Shown: positions 47,648 to 58,996, numbered from the stretch's first letter. The stretch: DNA of 64,000 bases from Pseudomonadota bacterium (GCA_021785515.1 JAJYEX010000006.1:32887-96886); one strand, 5' to 3'. Notes: a model not told the origin generated them from the letters alone. Made by a program: numbers and translations.

Positions 47648-49540
47648 ATGCATACCGGAAAATCACCACTGCGCTTTTCTCGCCTGCTGATTCTGGGCAG
47701 CATGCTGTTTGCGGGCTGCGGCACTGCCAATGCCGCCGGTACAGCAAGGCAGCGGTACGTGTCGGGCGAGGTGCTGGTCCAGTTCAAGCCCACCCTAACC
47801 AACCAGGAACGGGCGGCAATGGTATCCGCGATGGGCAGCGCAGTGCGCGCCAACTACCGCAACCGCTGGGTGCAGGTCACGCTTCCCGCCGGAGAGTCGG
47901 TGCAGCAGGCGGTCGCAACATACCAGAGCAATTCGCACGTCCAATATGCACAGCCAAACTACATCTACCACACTGAAGTGGTGCCAAATGATCCGGATTT
48001 CGGTCAACTCTGGGCGTTCCAGAATACCGGCCAGACGGTGAACTTTGCCCCCCTGCCCGATAGCGAGGGCTGGATTTACCCATACCCCAATGCCAGCGGA
48101 ACGGCTGGCATTGCGGGCGACGACATGGACATCGTACCGGCCTGGAATCACATCACCGACTGCAGCAGCGCAATCGTCGCGGTAGTCGACACCGGGGTCA
48201 ACTACAACCAGGAGGACCTCGCCGGCAACATGTGGAACGGCTCGAACGTGACATACAACGGGGTACAGCTTACCGATCACGGCTACAATTTCGTCGATAA
48301 CAACAACAATCCCATGGACCTTAACGGCCACGGAACCCACGTCGCCGGCATTATCGGCGCCGTGGGTAACAATGGCGTCGGCACCACCGGTGTCTGCTGG
48401 AAGGCCAGCATCATGGCCGTGCGCGTTATGGACGCTAGCGGGTCCGGAACAACAGCAACCATTGCGCAAGGGATCGATTTTGCGGTGACTAACGGCGCGA
48501 AGGTGATCAATTTAAGTCTTGGCGGTAACGGTCCCTCTGACCCGATTTTCAGTGACGCCATTACCAACGCTGAAAACCACGACGTGGTTGTGGTGGTCGC
48601 GGCAGGCAACAACGCTGCGGACAATGACGCCAGCGGGAACAGCATCTACCCCTGTGACTTCACCCAGCCGAATCTCATCTGCGTCGCGGCACTGGACCAG
48701 AATTTTGCGCTGGCGAATTTTTCTGATTGGGGACCGGTCAGCGTTGACGTGGGGGCCCCGGGCACCAATATCGTCAGCACCTATGCCGGCTCCAACGGAG
48801 AAGTATCGGTCCCGTTTTCCGGCTGGACCACAACCAGATCCCCGCTCGGCGGCACCGGCTGGGCTGCGGTCATCACGGGCCTTCCTGGGGGCATCCAGTC
48901 GTCCATGCTGACCGACCCGCCGAACTGGCCGTCCGGAACATACACGCTCAATACCGACGATCGGGCTTATGCCACGTTCAATCTGGGCGGGGTAAGTTCG
49001 GCGGTGGTCAACGCCAATCTTTACGCCAATGTCACCTCAGACGGATCGATCGGCCTCGCCTACAGTCCAACGGGCGGCGATCCGTTCGCCCCGAGCTCTC
49101 CCGATTATCTGTGGGGCCCCTATTACACCGATACCTCGCCAACCCAGCCTTCGGCATCCAGCCTGATCCCGATCAGTACGGACATTTCCGCCTGCATCAC
49201 GACGAGCTGCACAGTCGGAATCAGGTTGACCACGGGTTCGACAGCCGATTACGGCGCCGCACTGTCCTCCGTCGGTGTTACAACGCTGACCCTGACCACC
49301 AACGCCTATAACATATTAAATGGCACATCGATGGCGACACCAGAGGTCTCAGGGTTGGCAGCAATGTTGTTCGCGTTCAATCCCCAGGACACCTACAGTG
49401 ATGTGGTCGGCGCAATCGAGAATGGCGGCAGACCGGTGGCAAGCCTGGCTGGTTTGACCACATCAGGCAATGCGATCGACGTCATGAAGTCACTCGCGTA
49501 TCTCAGCCCGCCGACCGGTCTGCAGGCAACAATTCAGTAG
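47648..49540 (+). CDS. Secreted or lipid-anchored S8 (subtilisin-family) serine peptidase with an I9 prodomain and a large insertion
   Basis: Signal or lipobox-like peptide LLILGSMLFAGCGTANA. I9-like prodomain GEVLVQFKPTL...VQYAQPNYIYH. Catalytic Asp (VAVVDTGV), His (HGTHVAGIIGA), Asn (AAGNNA) and Ser (GTSMATPEVSG). Confidence 0.9.
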   Translation: MHTGKSPLRFSRLLILGSMLFAGCGTANAAGTARQRYVSGEVLVQFKPTLTNQERAAMVSAMGSAVRANYRNRWVQVTLPAGESVQQAVATYQSNSHVQYAQPNYIYHTEVVPNDPDFGQLWAFQNTGQTVNFAPLPDSEGWIYPYPNASGTAGIAGDDMDIVPAWNHITDCSSAIVAVVDTGVNYNQEDLAGNMWNGSNVTYNGVQLTDHGYNFVDNNNNPMDLNGHGTHVAGIIGAVGNNGVGTTGVCWKASIMAVRVMDASGSGTTATIAQGIDFAVTNGAKVINLSLGGNGPSDPIFSDAITNAENHDVVVVVAAGNNAADNDASGNSIYPCDFTQPNLICVAALDQNFALANFSDWGPVSVDVGAPGTNIVSTYAGSNGEVSVPFSGWTTTRSPLGGTGWAAVITGLPGGIQSSMLTDPPNWPSGTYTLNTDDRAYATFNLGGVSSAVVNANLYANVTSDGSIGLAYSPTGGDPFAPSSPDYLWGPYYTDTSPTQPSASSLIPISTDISACITTSCTVGIRLTTGSTADYGAALSSVGVTTLTLTTNAYNILNGTSMATPEVSGLAAMLFAFNPQDTYSDVVGAIENGGRPVASLAGLTTSGNAIDVMKSLAYLSPPTGLQATIQ

Positions 49541-49551
49541 GAGCGCCACAC

Positions 49552-49923
49552 GTGGCAACGGAGCTTCATCGCGGACTTCTCGGAATCCTGGTATTTGCGA
49601 CCCTGATCTGCGTGCCGGCATGCGCGCAGGTGCCGTCTTTTTCGCATGCCGGCGCGACACGCGCCCCGATAGGCCGCACGAGAGTCGCCGGGGAGTATCT
49701 GGTTACCCTCTCGCCGCACGCGAATCCGGCGGTCCTCGTCAATCTGTACAGTCGCTACGCAATGCGGCGCATCGACAAGCTCGGTACAGATCGCTTTTTG
49801 ATGGTTCTGGGAAAAGACCCAGGGCCACAAAAGATCGAGACTCTTGGCACCCGGGAACCGCAGATCAAATCGGTGCAGCCGAACTTCCGCTACTGGGCCA
49901 CCCCTGCCACGCGGCCACGGTAA
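49552..49923 (+). CDS. Free-standing I9 (subtilisin prodomain/inhibitor)-like secreted protein
   Basis: GTG start 11 nt after the S8 stop, with a signal peptide LLGILVFATLICVPACAQ. GEYLVTLSPHANPAVLVNLYSRYAMRRIDKLGTDRFLMVLGKD...IKSVQPNFRYW aligns by eye with the neighbouring protease's own prodomain (GEVLVQFKPTL...WVQVTLPAGES...VQYAQPNYIYH). Confidence 0.55.
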   Translation: MATELHRGLLGILVFATLICVPACAQVPSFSHAGATRAPIGRTRVAGEYLVTLSPHANPAVLVNLYSRYAMRRIDKLGTDRFLMVLGKDPGPQKIETLGTREPQIKSVQPNFRYWATPATRPR

Positions 49924-50081
49924 CCACCCGCATGCCCGGGGAAAGGACCACCCCGGCATTTCGCCCGGACGCCCGGACGGTTTCCCTCCGGCTGAGTCCG
50001 GATACGTCGCGCCACCTAAACTGGAGGATAGCGGCCTGTTGTGGATTACAATACACCCGATCTACTGTTTGGAGCGCGAAC

Positions 50082-50927
50082 GTGAAGCTGAGCGGCAAAG
50101 AGTTCCGATCCTGGGACAACAAGTGCGTAACCCTGCTCGGAATGTCCGGGGTCGGAAAAACACGTCTGGCGAACACGCTCTGCAAGCGTCACTGGTTCCA
50201 CTACTCTGCTGACTACCGCATCGGGACCCGCTACCTGGGCGAGCCGATACTGGATAACATCAAGAGCCAGGCGATGCAGATCCCGTTTCTGCGGGAATTG
50301 CTGCGGTCAGATTCGATATACATCAGCAACAACATCACGGTCGATAATCTCAAACCGGTCGCCAGCTTTCTCGGCAAGCTCGGGAACCCTGAACTCGGCG
50401 GACTCGGTTTGAAGGAATTCAAACGCCGCCAGGCGTTGCACCTGAACGCGGAAATTGCTGCGATGAAGGATGTGCCGGAGTTCATACGGAAAGCCAGGGA
50501 GATCTACGGATACCAGCACTTTGTCAATGATGCCGGGGGCAGCGTGTGCGAACTGGACGACAGCGACACCATCCGGACACTGGCCGCACATACGCTGATC
50601 GTCTACATCAAGGCCACCGAACGCGATGAACAGGAGCTTATCAGGCGCGCTGAAGAAGACCCCAAACCGCTCTACTATCGGGAGCAGTTTCTCGATGAAC
50701 AGCTCACCATATACATGCGTGACAATGGTCTGCCGTATGTGGCGCTTGTAGATCCGGACCAGTTCGTACGCTGGATGTTTCCGCGGCTATTTTACACGCG
50801 CATTCCCCGCTACCAGGCTATAGCTGACGAACATGGCTACACCATCACCACCGAGGAACTGGCCCATGTCCGGGACGGCGCTGGGTTTCTGAAGCTGGTA
50901 GAAAACACGGTAGAAAAGCAGTCGTGA
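50082..50927 (+). CDS. P-loop NTPase, shikimate-kinase-like fold, function unknown
   Basis: ORF 49620..50927 trimmed to the in-frame GTG. Walker A LLGMSGVGKT, and GGS in VNDAGGSVCE at the position of the shikimate-kinase GGG motif. The 5' extension in the track is Arg-rich and overlaps the I9-like gene. Confidence 0.7.
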   Translation: MKLSGKEFRSWDNKCVTLLGMSGVGKTRLANTLCKRHWFHYSADYRIGTRYLGEPILDNIKSQAMQIPFLRELLRSDSIYISNNITVDNLKPVASFLGKLGNPELGGLGLKEFKRRQALHLNAEIAAMKDVPEFIRKAREIYGYQHFVNDAGGSVCELDDSDTIRTLAAHTLIVYIKATERDEQELIRRAEEDPKPLYYREQFLDEQLTIYMRDNGLPYVALVDPDQFVRWMFPRLFYTRIPRYQAIADEHGYTITTEELAHVRDGAGFLKLVENTVEKQS

Positions 50928-50977
50928 CTGATTTATGCCTATAATGACCGCAGCATTTTGCACCTGGGCCGATTAGC

Positions 50978-52048
50978 ATGCCACTCATTGCCAGCACCGA
51001 CCTGCCGACATTTGACCGCCTGAAACAGGAGGGCGAGAACGTGGTGCCACGGGAGGCGGCCCTGCGCCAGGATATACGGGAGCTGCATATCGGCCTGCTG
51101 AACATGATGCCGGATGCGGCGCTGGCGGCGACCGAACGCCAGTTCTTCCGGCTTGTCGGAGAGAGCAACCAGATCGCCCAGTTTTACATGCACCCCTTTA
51201 CCCTGTCGGAACTGAGACGCGGAGCGCAAGGCGCGGCCCATGTGGAGCGCTATTACGAAAGCTTCGACCAGATCCGGCGCGATGGTCTGGACGCGCTGAT
51301 TATCACCGGCGCAAACGTAAGCCAGCCGGATCTTTCGCACGAACCGTTCTGGAAACCTCTGATTGAGGTCATAGACTGGGCCTACGAAAACGTCACGTCC
51401 ACGCTATGCTCCTGTCTTGCGACACACGCGGTGCTGCAGTTCCGATATGGACAGAAGCGCCGTCCTCTGGGCTTCAAACGCTGGGGCGTTTATTCGCATC
51501 GGGTCGTAGATCGACGTCACCCGCTCGTATCAGACGTAAATACGCGCTTTGACGTACCGCACTCCAGGTTCAACGACATCAGCCGCGAACAATTCGAGGC
51601 CGCGCGGCTGCGGGTGCTGGTCGAGGGCGACGGTCCCGGGGTGCATCTGGCCGTGAGCGAGGACCTGTTCCGGATCGTATTCTTTCAGGGCCACCCAGAG
51701 TACGACACCATAAGCCTGCTCAAGGAGTACAAGCGGGAGGTGGGGAGGTTCATCAAGGGCGAACGCGACAGCTATCCGCCCTGCCCTGAGAACTACCTTT
51801 CGTCCCGGACACAGGCGGTGCTGGAGGAACACCGTGACCAGGTCTACGCGGCGCGTGAGCGCGGCGCCATCATTCCCGACATTCCGGAATCCCTGGTTAC
51901 CGGCACTCTGGACAACACTTGGCACGACACGGGCGAGGCGGTTATCAACAATTGGATGGGCAAGGTCTATCAGATCACCAACAATGACCGCCGCCTTCCG
52001 TTTATGGAAAACGTGGATCCCGACAACCCGCTCGGGCTCCGCGGCTAG
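50978..52048 (+). CDS. metA: Homoserine O-acyltransferase, MetA family (succinyl- or acetyl-transferase)
   Basis: MPLIASTDLPTFDRLKQEGENV...IRELHIGLLNMMPD...ALIITGANV...FFQGHPEY are MetA hallmarks. This is a long 356-aa form. Confidence 0.9.
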   Translation: MPLIASTDLPTFDRLKQEGENVVPREAALRQDIRELHIGLLNMMPDAALAATERQFFRLVGESNQIAQFYMHPFTLSELRRGAQGAAHVERYYESFDQIRRDGLDALIITGANVSQPDLSHEPFWKPLIEVIDWAYENVTSTLCSCLATHAVLQFRYGQKRRPLGFKRWGVYSHRVVDRRHPLVSDVNTRFDVPHSRFNDISREQFEAARLRVLVEGDGPGVHLAVSEDLFRIVFFQGHPEYDTISLLKEYKREVGRFIKGERDSYPPCPENYLSSRTQAVLEEHRDQVYAARERGAIIPDIPESLVTGTLDNTWHDTGEAVINNWMGKVYQITNNDRRLPFMENVDPDNPLGLRG

Positions 52049-52072
52049 CCGTGCGCTACGGGCGTGCGGTCG

Positions 52073-53854
52073 CTAGATGGTCCTGTCAACATTCATCTGC
52101 AGCCACAACTCAAGAAACGCCAAATGTCGCAGCGGCGCGCCGCCAATGGGCGTGAGTCTTGCGTCCGGCGCCGCCAGCAGATTCTCCACAGACTCCCGGT
52201 CGAAGAGACCACGCTCACGACAGGCCTGCGAGCGGAGTATGTCGCGGACAAAATCCAGGAACCCGCCACGCAGGTTCGTGAGCGCCGGCATCGGAAAATA
52301 GCCCTTGGGACGGTCGATCACTGCGTCCGGGATCAGACCACGTGCAACCGCCTTGAGCGGATGTTTGCCGCCTTCCCGGAGCTTCAATTCCGGTGGCATC
52401 TGCGCCGCGAGTTCCACCAGCTCATGATCCAGCAGGGGCACTCGCGCCTCCAGCCCCCAGGCCATGGTGAAGTTGTCCACCCGCTTTAGCGGGTCGTCCA
52501 CCAGAAGCGCGGTCACATCCAGCCGGAGCACCCGGTCGAGAAAGGTATCTGCTCCAGGCTCTGCAAATCGCGCCTCGACGAAGGCTGAAACGTAGTCAGG
52601 GCCGCGATATTCCGGCGCGACGATGGCATTGAACTCCGCGTGAGTGCGGTCGAAATAGTGGGCACGGAACCGCTCAAGATCACTGCCCGGCTCGGCTTGC
52701 ATGCGCGGGTACCAGTAATATCCGGCAAACGCCTCATCAGCCCCCTGTCCCGACAGGACCACCTTGACTTCTTTGGCAACGCGCTCGGCCAGCAGATAGA
52801 AGGCGGCCACATCCTGACTCACCATGGGCTCCGCCATTGCGGCGATCGTATCGGGCAACACCCGAAGCAGCTCCTCGTTGCTGAGCAGGTAGCGGTGGTG
52901 ACAGGTCCGAAATCGTTCCACGACGGCGTCGGAATACTCGAATTCATCGGCGCGCTCCTCACCGGACCGCTCAAAGCCGATGGAGAACGTAGGGATATCC
53001 TTGACCCCGGCAGCGTCCAGGAGGCCGACAAGCAGACTCGAATCGAGACCACCCGAGAGCAGGACGCCTACGGGGGTGTCGGCCGCGGAAAACTGGCGCT
53101 GCACCGCCCGGATCAGGGCGGCGCGAACGAGCCCCAACCACTCCTGCTCGCTGCGATCACCATGCGGACGCACGGCACTGAGCGCCCAGTAACAGCGTTC
53201 ATGCTTTCCGCCGTCTTTGGTAACGCGCAGCGTGGTGGCTGGCGGCAGCTTGCGTATTCCACGCAGGATAGTGCGCGGCGCCGGCACGACACCGTGTAGC
53301 GTGAGCTGGAACTGCAGGCCTACCGGATCCACTGAAGTGTCGACGTCACCGGCGGCAAGCAAGGCCTGGGGGCTTGAGGCGAAGCGGAAGCGGGATCGGT
53401 CGGTTGCATAATAAAGCGGCTTTATCCCGAGCCGGTCCCGGGCCAGCAGCAGCTCATGCCTGTGCCCATCCCACACTGCGAAGGCAAACATGCCGTTCAT
53501 GCGCTCGACACAGCGCTCTCCCCAGGCGTGGTAGGCCTTTAGTATTACCTCGGTATCTCCGCTGGAGAAAAAGCGGTAACCCATGGTTGCAAGCTCGGAC
53601 CGAAGCTCGCGATAGTTGTATATGGTGCCGTTGAATACGACACAGAGCTTGAGATCGCTGTCCACCATCGGCTGGTCGGAGCCTTCGGACAGATCAATGA
53701 TTGCAAGCCGTCGATGCCCGAAGGCAACCGGCCCATCTGCGTGTGCGCCTTCATGATCGGGACCCCGGCGCCTGAGTGCCCCCATCATGCGTGCGACAGC
53801 CCCCAAATCCGGGTCCGTACCGTCGAACTTCAGTTCACCGCAGATTCCACACAT
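52073..53854 (-). CDS. Glutamine-hydrolysing asparagine synthase family amidotransferase (resembles the N-acetylglutaminylglutamine amidotransferase subgroup)
   Basis: The start is set at MCGICGE because the Ntn Cys must follow the initiator Met. GHRRLAIIDLS, VFNGTIYNY, SGDTEVIL, and PP-loop LLSGGLDSS. Confidence 0.9.
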   Translation of the reverse strand: MCGICGELKFDGTDPDLGAVARMMGALRRRGPDHEGAHADGPVAFGHRRLAIIDLSEGSDQPMVDSDLKLCVVFNGTIYNYRELRSELATMGYRFFSSGDTEVILKAYHAWGERCVERMNGMFAFAVWDGHRHELLLARDRLGIKPLYYATDRSRFRFASSPQALLAAGDVDTSVDPVGLQFQLTLHGVVPAPRTILRGIRKLPPATTLRVTKDGGKHERCYWALSAVRPHGDRSEQEWLGLVRAALIRAVQRQFSAADTPVGVLLSGGLDSSLLVGLLDAAGVKDIPTFSIGFERSGEERADEFEYSDAVVERFRTCHHRYLLSNEELLRVLPDTIAAMAEPMVSQDVAAFYLLAERVAKEVKVVLSGQGADEAFAGYYWYPRMQAEPGSDLERFRAHYFDRTHAEFNAIVAPEYRGPDYVSAFVEARFAEPGADTFLDRVLRLDVTALLVDDPLKRVDNFTMAWGLEARVPLLDHELVELAAQMPPELKLREGGKHPLKAVARGLIPDAVIDRPKGYFPMPALTNLRGGFLDFVRDILRSQACRERGLFDRESVENLLAAPDARLTPIGGAPLRHLAFLELWLQMNVDRTI

Positions 53855-54086
53855 ACCGACGCTGTCCGCCAAGGGGAGCCGCCATAGTAGGCGGGATCCG
53901 GGTTAGCAATCGCACCGGCCGCTCCTGCCGACGGTTCGGCCGAGGGAGCCCACACACGGGTCGATTGCCCAGCACAGGCTGGTCAACCCTCTTCGCGATC
54001 TCTTCCCGGGTTAGATTACGGAACGCAACGGTAGCAGCGCACAATGCGCTCGTCTGTTTCGCCGCCAGCCGCCACCGCATGCCGCA

Positions 54087-54383
54087 TCAATGTTTGCCGC
54101 TGTCCATCTTCTCTTTGAAAGCCTTGTTTCCCGCCCGGGCTGCCGCACCGATGGCCTTGCCGGTCTTTTCCGCATCATGCGCGATGGCCTTTCCAAACTT
54201 CTTCGCACTATGCCCGATCTGGTGAACTGCCTTGCTGGTTGCGTGACCCAGCTGCTTTGCTGCATGTTTTATGGATCCTTCGGCCGCAAACGCCCGAGGC
54301 GTGCCGACGCCGACCAGTACCGCTACGCCGGCACAAACAAGCATCCTGACCGCTGCTCTTTTGCACATCGATTTGTATGTCAT
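54087..54383 (-). CDS. Small secreted His/Lys-rich protein with loosely repeated GHxxxK / GKAI motifs
   Basis: Signal peptide ...RMLVCAGVAVLVGVGTPRAFA|AEG. The mature part is SIKHAAKQLGHATSKAVHQIGHSAKKFGKAIAHDAEKTGKAIGAAARAGNKAFKEKMDSGKH. The start is 54383 or 54368. Confidence 0.55.
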   Translation of the reverse strand: MTYKSMCKRAAVRMLVCAGVAVLVGVGTPRAFAAEGSIKHAAKQLGHATSKAVHQIGHSAKKFGKAIAHDAEKTGKAIGAAARAGNKAFKEKMDSGKH

Positions 54384-54438
54384 TGACTAAACTCCACCTG
54401 TTTCTGTTCTGAACCCGGCTGCGGAGCGGATAACCGCA

Positions 54439-54990
54439 TTAGGGTCTGGATACATACGGATTGTCTCTGATGTAGAACCGCAACAACCGCCTCGCCCACA
54501 CACCGGCGTATTCCACGCCGATGCGGGGCCGTTTCACGATCCGTAGCTGCGCCGTACGGGAGGCGGCTGCGATATGAAAATTCTCGCTCATCAGGTCGTG
54601 GGCATTGAGCCGCCGGTCGATACGCATTGCCCGGCACAACAAGCCAGGACCCTGCGTGCGCCCCCTTACGTGTTCCACGGGCTCCACCGCCCGCAGCAAC
54701 ACGGCGGAGGCATGACCGGCACGTTCGGTCACGACATTCATGCAGTAATACATGCCGTAGATCATGTATACGTAGGCGTGGCCCGGCGGGCCGAACATCA
54801 CCTTCGTGCGCTCGGTCAACCCCCTGGCCGAATGCGCTGCCAGGTCGTGCGGGCCAAGATACGCCTCCACCTCCACGATCCTGCCGACGCGCCGCACCCC
54901 GCGCGAACAGTGCACGAGATACTTTCCCAGCAGCTCACGGGCAACAACGGCTGTATCTCTGGCGTAGAATGTCCGGTTCAGAATACGCAT
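54439..54990 (-). CDS. mpg: DNA-3-methyladenine glycosylase (Mpg/AAG family)
   Basis: 183 aa with VARELLGKYLV, GRIVEVEAYLGPHDLAAHS, GHAYVYMIYGMYYCMNVV. Confidence 0.9.
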   Translation of the reverse strand: MRILNRTFYARDTAVVARELLGKYLVHCSRGVRRVGRIVEVEAYLGPHDLAAHSARGLTERTKVMFGPPGHAYVYMIYGMYYCMNVVTERAGHASAVLLRAVEPVEHVRGRTQGPGLLCRAMRIDRRLNAHDLMSENFHIAAASRTAQLRIVKRPRIGVEYAGVWARRLLRFYIRDNPYVSRP

Positions 54991-55323
54991 GGAATTTTAT
55001 ACTAAATCCGTGCGCTGTTTGAGTTCCAGTCCGTTCACAGGACCCGCCGCACCGTCTGTCTTCCGGTACCCGGGCCTGCCGTGGGACGCCGGTGGCGAAC
55101 CTCACGACATGCCAATCCTGTCGCTCCGGCGAAAAATCCTTATCGCATGCCGAAACCCGGTGGTGCTATCATCAACCGGTGCGGTAACACCACGCAAATA
55201 CCGGGTGTCTCGAACCACTTTCGAGCTGTCTGGCGGCGGCCGTCGATGCCTGAGAACGCAGGATGGGCATTGGCCACGCCGGCATCCCGTATGCCGCCCC
55301 GGGCAGCTGGAGAACCGACCGGA

Positions 55324-56040
55324 ATGCTGAATCTGAAGGACAAAGTCGTAGTGATCACCGGGGCAGTCGGTAACCTCGGCCGCGCCGTCGCAAAGTGCGT
55401 ACAGGCCCTTGACGGCCGCATGGTTCTGGTTGACCGTTCCGGCGACCGGCTGCGCGAGGTGTACGCGGATCTGGCAGCCAGTACGTCGCACTGGCTGGCC
55501 GGGGAGGTCGATATGACCGACCTGAAGTCGGTTAACAGCCTGATGGCCGAAGTCCATGGGCGGTTCGGACAGCTGAACGGACTGGTCAATACGGTCGGAG
55601 GATTCCGCGGTGGCAAGCCGGTCCATCAGGCGGATGTCGCCGACTGGAACTGTCTTTACGACATCAACGTGCGGACCACGCTCAATGCCTGCCGCGCTGC
55701 GGTCCCGTACATGCTGCAGTCGCATGGTGGTCACATAGTCAATGTCGCCGCACGCGGTGCCTTCCATGGTGACGCCAATTACGCCGCCTACAGCGCGACC
55801 AAGGCGGCCGTGCTGAGACTTACGGAGAGCATGGCGGGAGAGCTCAGGGCCCGGGACATCACCGTCAACTGCGTTGCGCCCGGAACACTCGACACGCCCC
55901 AGAACAGGGATTCCATGCCGCAGGCTGATTTTGCTTCCTGGGTTCCACCTGCGGATGTGGCCAACGTGATCGCGTTCCTGCTGTCTGACGAGGCCCGATC
56001 GGTCAGCGGCGCTGCGATACCCGTATACGGTCGGAGCTAG
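55324..56040 (+). CDS. SDR family oxidoreductase
   Basis: Starts at the internal ATG. TGAVGNLGRAVA cofactor motif, and the catalytic YxxxK in YSATKAAV. Confidence 0.85.
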   Translation: MLNLKDKVVVITGAVGNLGRAVAKCVQALDGRMVLVDRSGDRLREVYADLAASTSHWLAGEVDMTDLKSVNSLMAEVHGRFGQLNGLVNTVGGFRGGKPVHQADVADWNCLYDINVRTTLNACRAAVPYMLQSHGGHIVNVAARGAFHGDANYAAYSATKAAVLRLTESMAGELRARDITVNCVAPGTLDTPQNRDSMPQADFASWVPPADVANVIAFLLSDEARSVSGAAIPVYGRS

Positions 56041-56057
56041 CCTGCGGAGCACAAGGT

Positions 56058-58080
<2,023 letters not shown>

Positions 58081-58194
58081 GAACGCTATCGGATTCTCCG
58101 GCAGATTGCAACTTTTCAGCGCGGTACGCTTGCACCGCGCATCTAAACTGCTTACGCTTGTCCGGTTTTATCCAGCGATTTTCGGGAAACTATC

Positions 58195-58857
58195 ATGGGT
58201 CAGGTGAATATTGACGCGGCGCGACTGAACATGGTCGAGTCACAGGCCCGCACGTGGGACGTGCTGGATCCGCGCGTGATTGACCTTCTGGCCCGGGCAC
58301 CCCGCGAACAGTTTGTGCCGGAGCAATATCGCAACCTGGCCTACGCTGACCTGAGCCTGCCTCTGGGTCGAGGTCAGGCAATGATGGCGCCAAAAGTCGA
58401 AGCACGTCTGCTGCAGGCTCTGGCGGTGGGTCCTAATGACCGGATCCTGGAAATCGGAACGGGCAGCGGTTACATGACCTGGCTTCTTGCCACCCTCGGC
58501 GGCGAGGTCTTCAGCGTGGAGATCATCCCTGAGTTCAAGATGAAGGCAGCGGAAAAACTTGCGGCTACCGGTATCGCGAACATCACGCTCGATATTGGCG
58601 ACGGCGCCCGGGGATGGAACCGCCATCAGCCGTACGATGCGGCCCTGCTCACCGGCTCCGTTCCCGCCCTGGCGGAGGCGTTCCGCGGCGGACTAGCGGT
58701 TGGAGGCCGACTGGTCGCGGTGATCGGCCGGCCACCGGTTATGGAGGCGGTGCTGATAAGGCGCACCGGTCCGGAAAGCTTTACCGAAGAGCCGCTGTTT
58801 GAAACCGTGCTCACACCGCTGATCAATGCCGACGAGCCGGAGAAATTCAGGTTCTGA
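58195..58857 (+). CDS. Protein-L-isoaspartate O-methyltransferase family protein
   Basis: 220 aa with SAM motif ILEIGTGSGYMTWLLA and the PCMT-like layout. Confidence 0.85.
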   Translation: MGQVNIDAARLNMVESQARTWDVLDPRVIDLLARAPREQFVPEQYRNLAYADLSLPLGRGQAMMAPKVEARLLQALAVGPNDRILEIGTGSGYMTWLLATLGGEVFSVEIIPEFKMKAAEKLAATGIANITLDIGDGARGWNRHQPYDAALLTGSVPALAEAFRGGLAVGGRLVAVIGRPPVMEAVLIRRTGPESFTEEPLFETVLTPLINADEPEKFRF

Positions 58858-58996
58858 CAGCAGCCCGATCGGACAGACCCCGTGCCTGCGCTGCGCAGAA
58901 CCCGCATCACCCCGTTTGGCGGGAGCGTGTCGATTGATCGCGGGACGCCGGGCGCCTATCCTGCGATGACCTTTACCTGTTCCGGAGGAAGCCGGA

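Noticed and set aside
49620-50081. The 5' 154 codons of track ORF 49620..50927, which would make a 435-aa ATPase.
   Set aside because: The extension is Arg-rich and featureless, and it overlaps the better-supported I9-like ORF in another frame. An in-frame GTG at 50082 sits just before the Walker A region.
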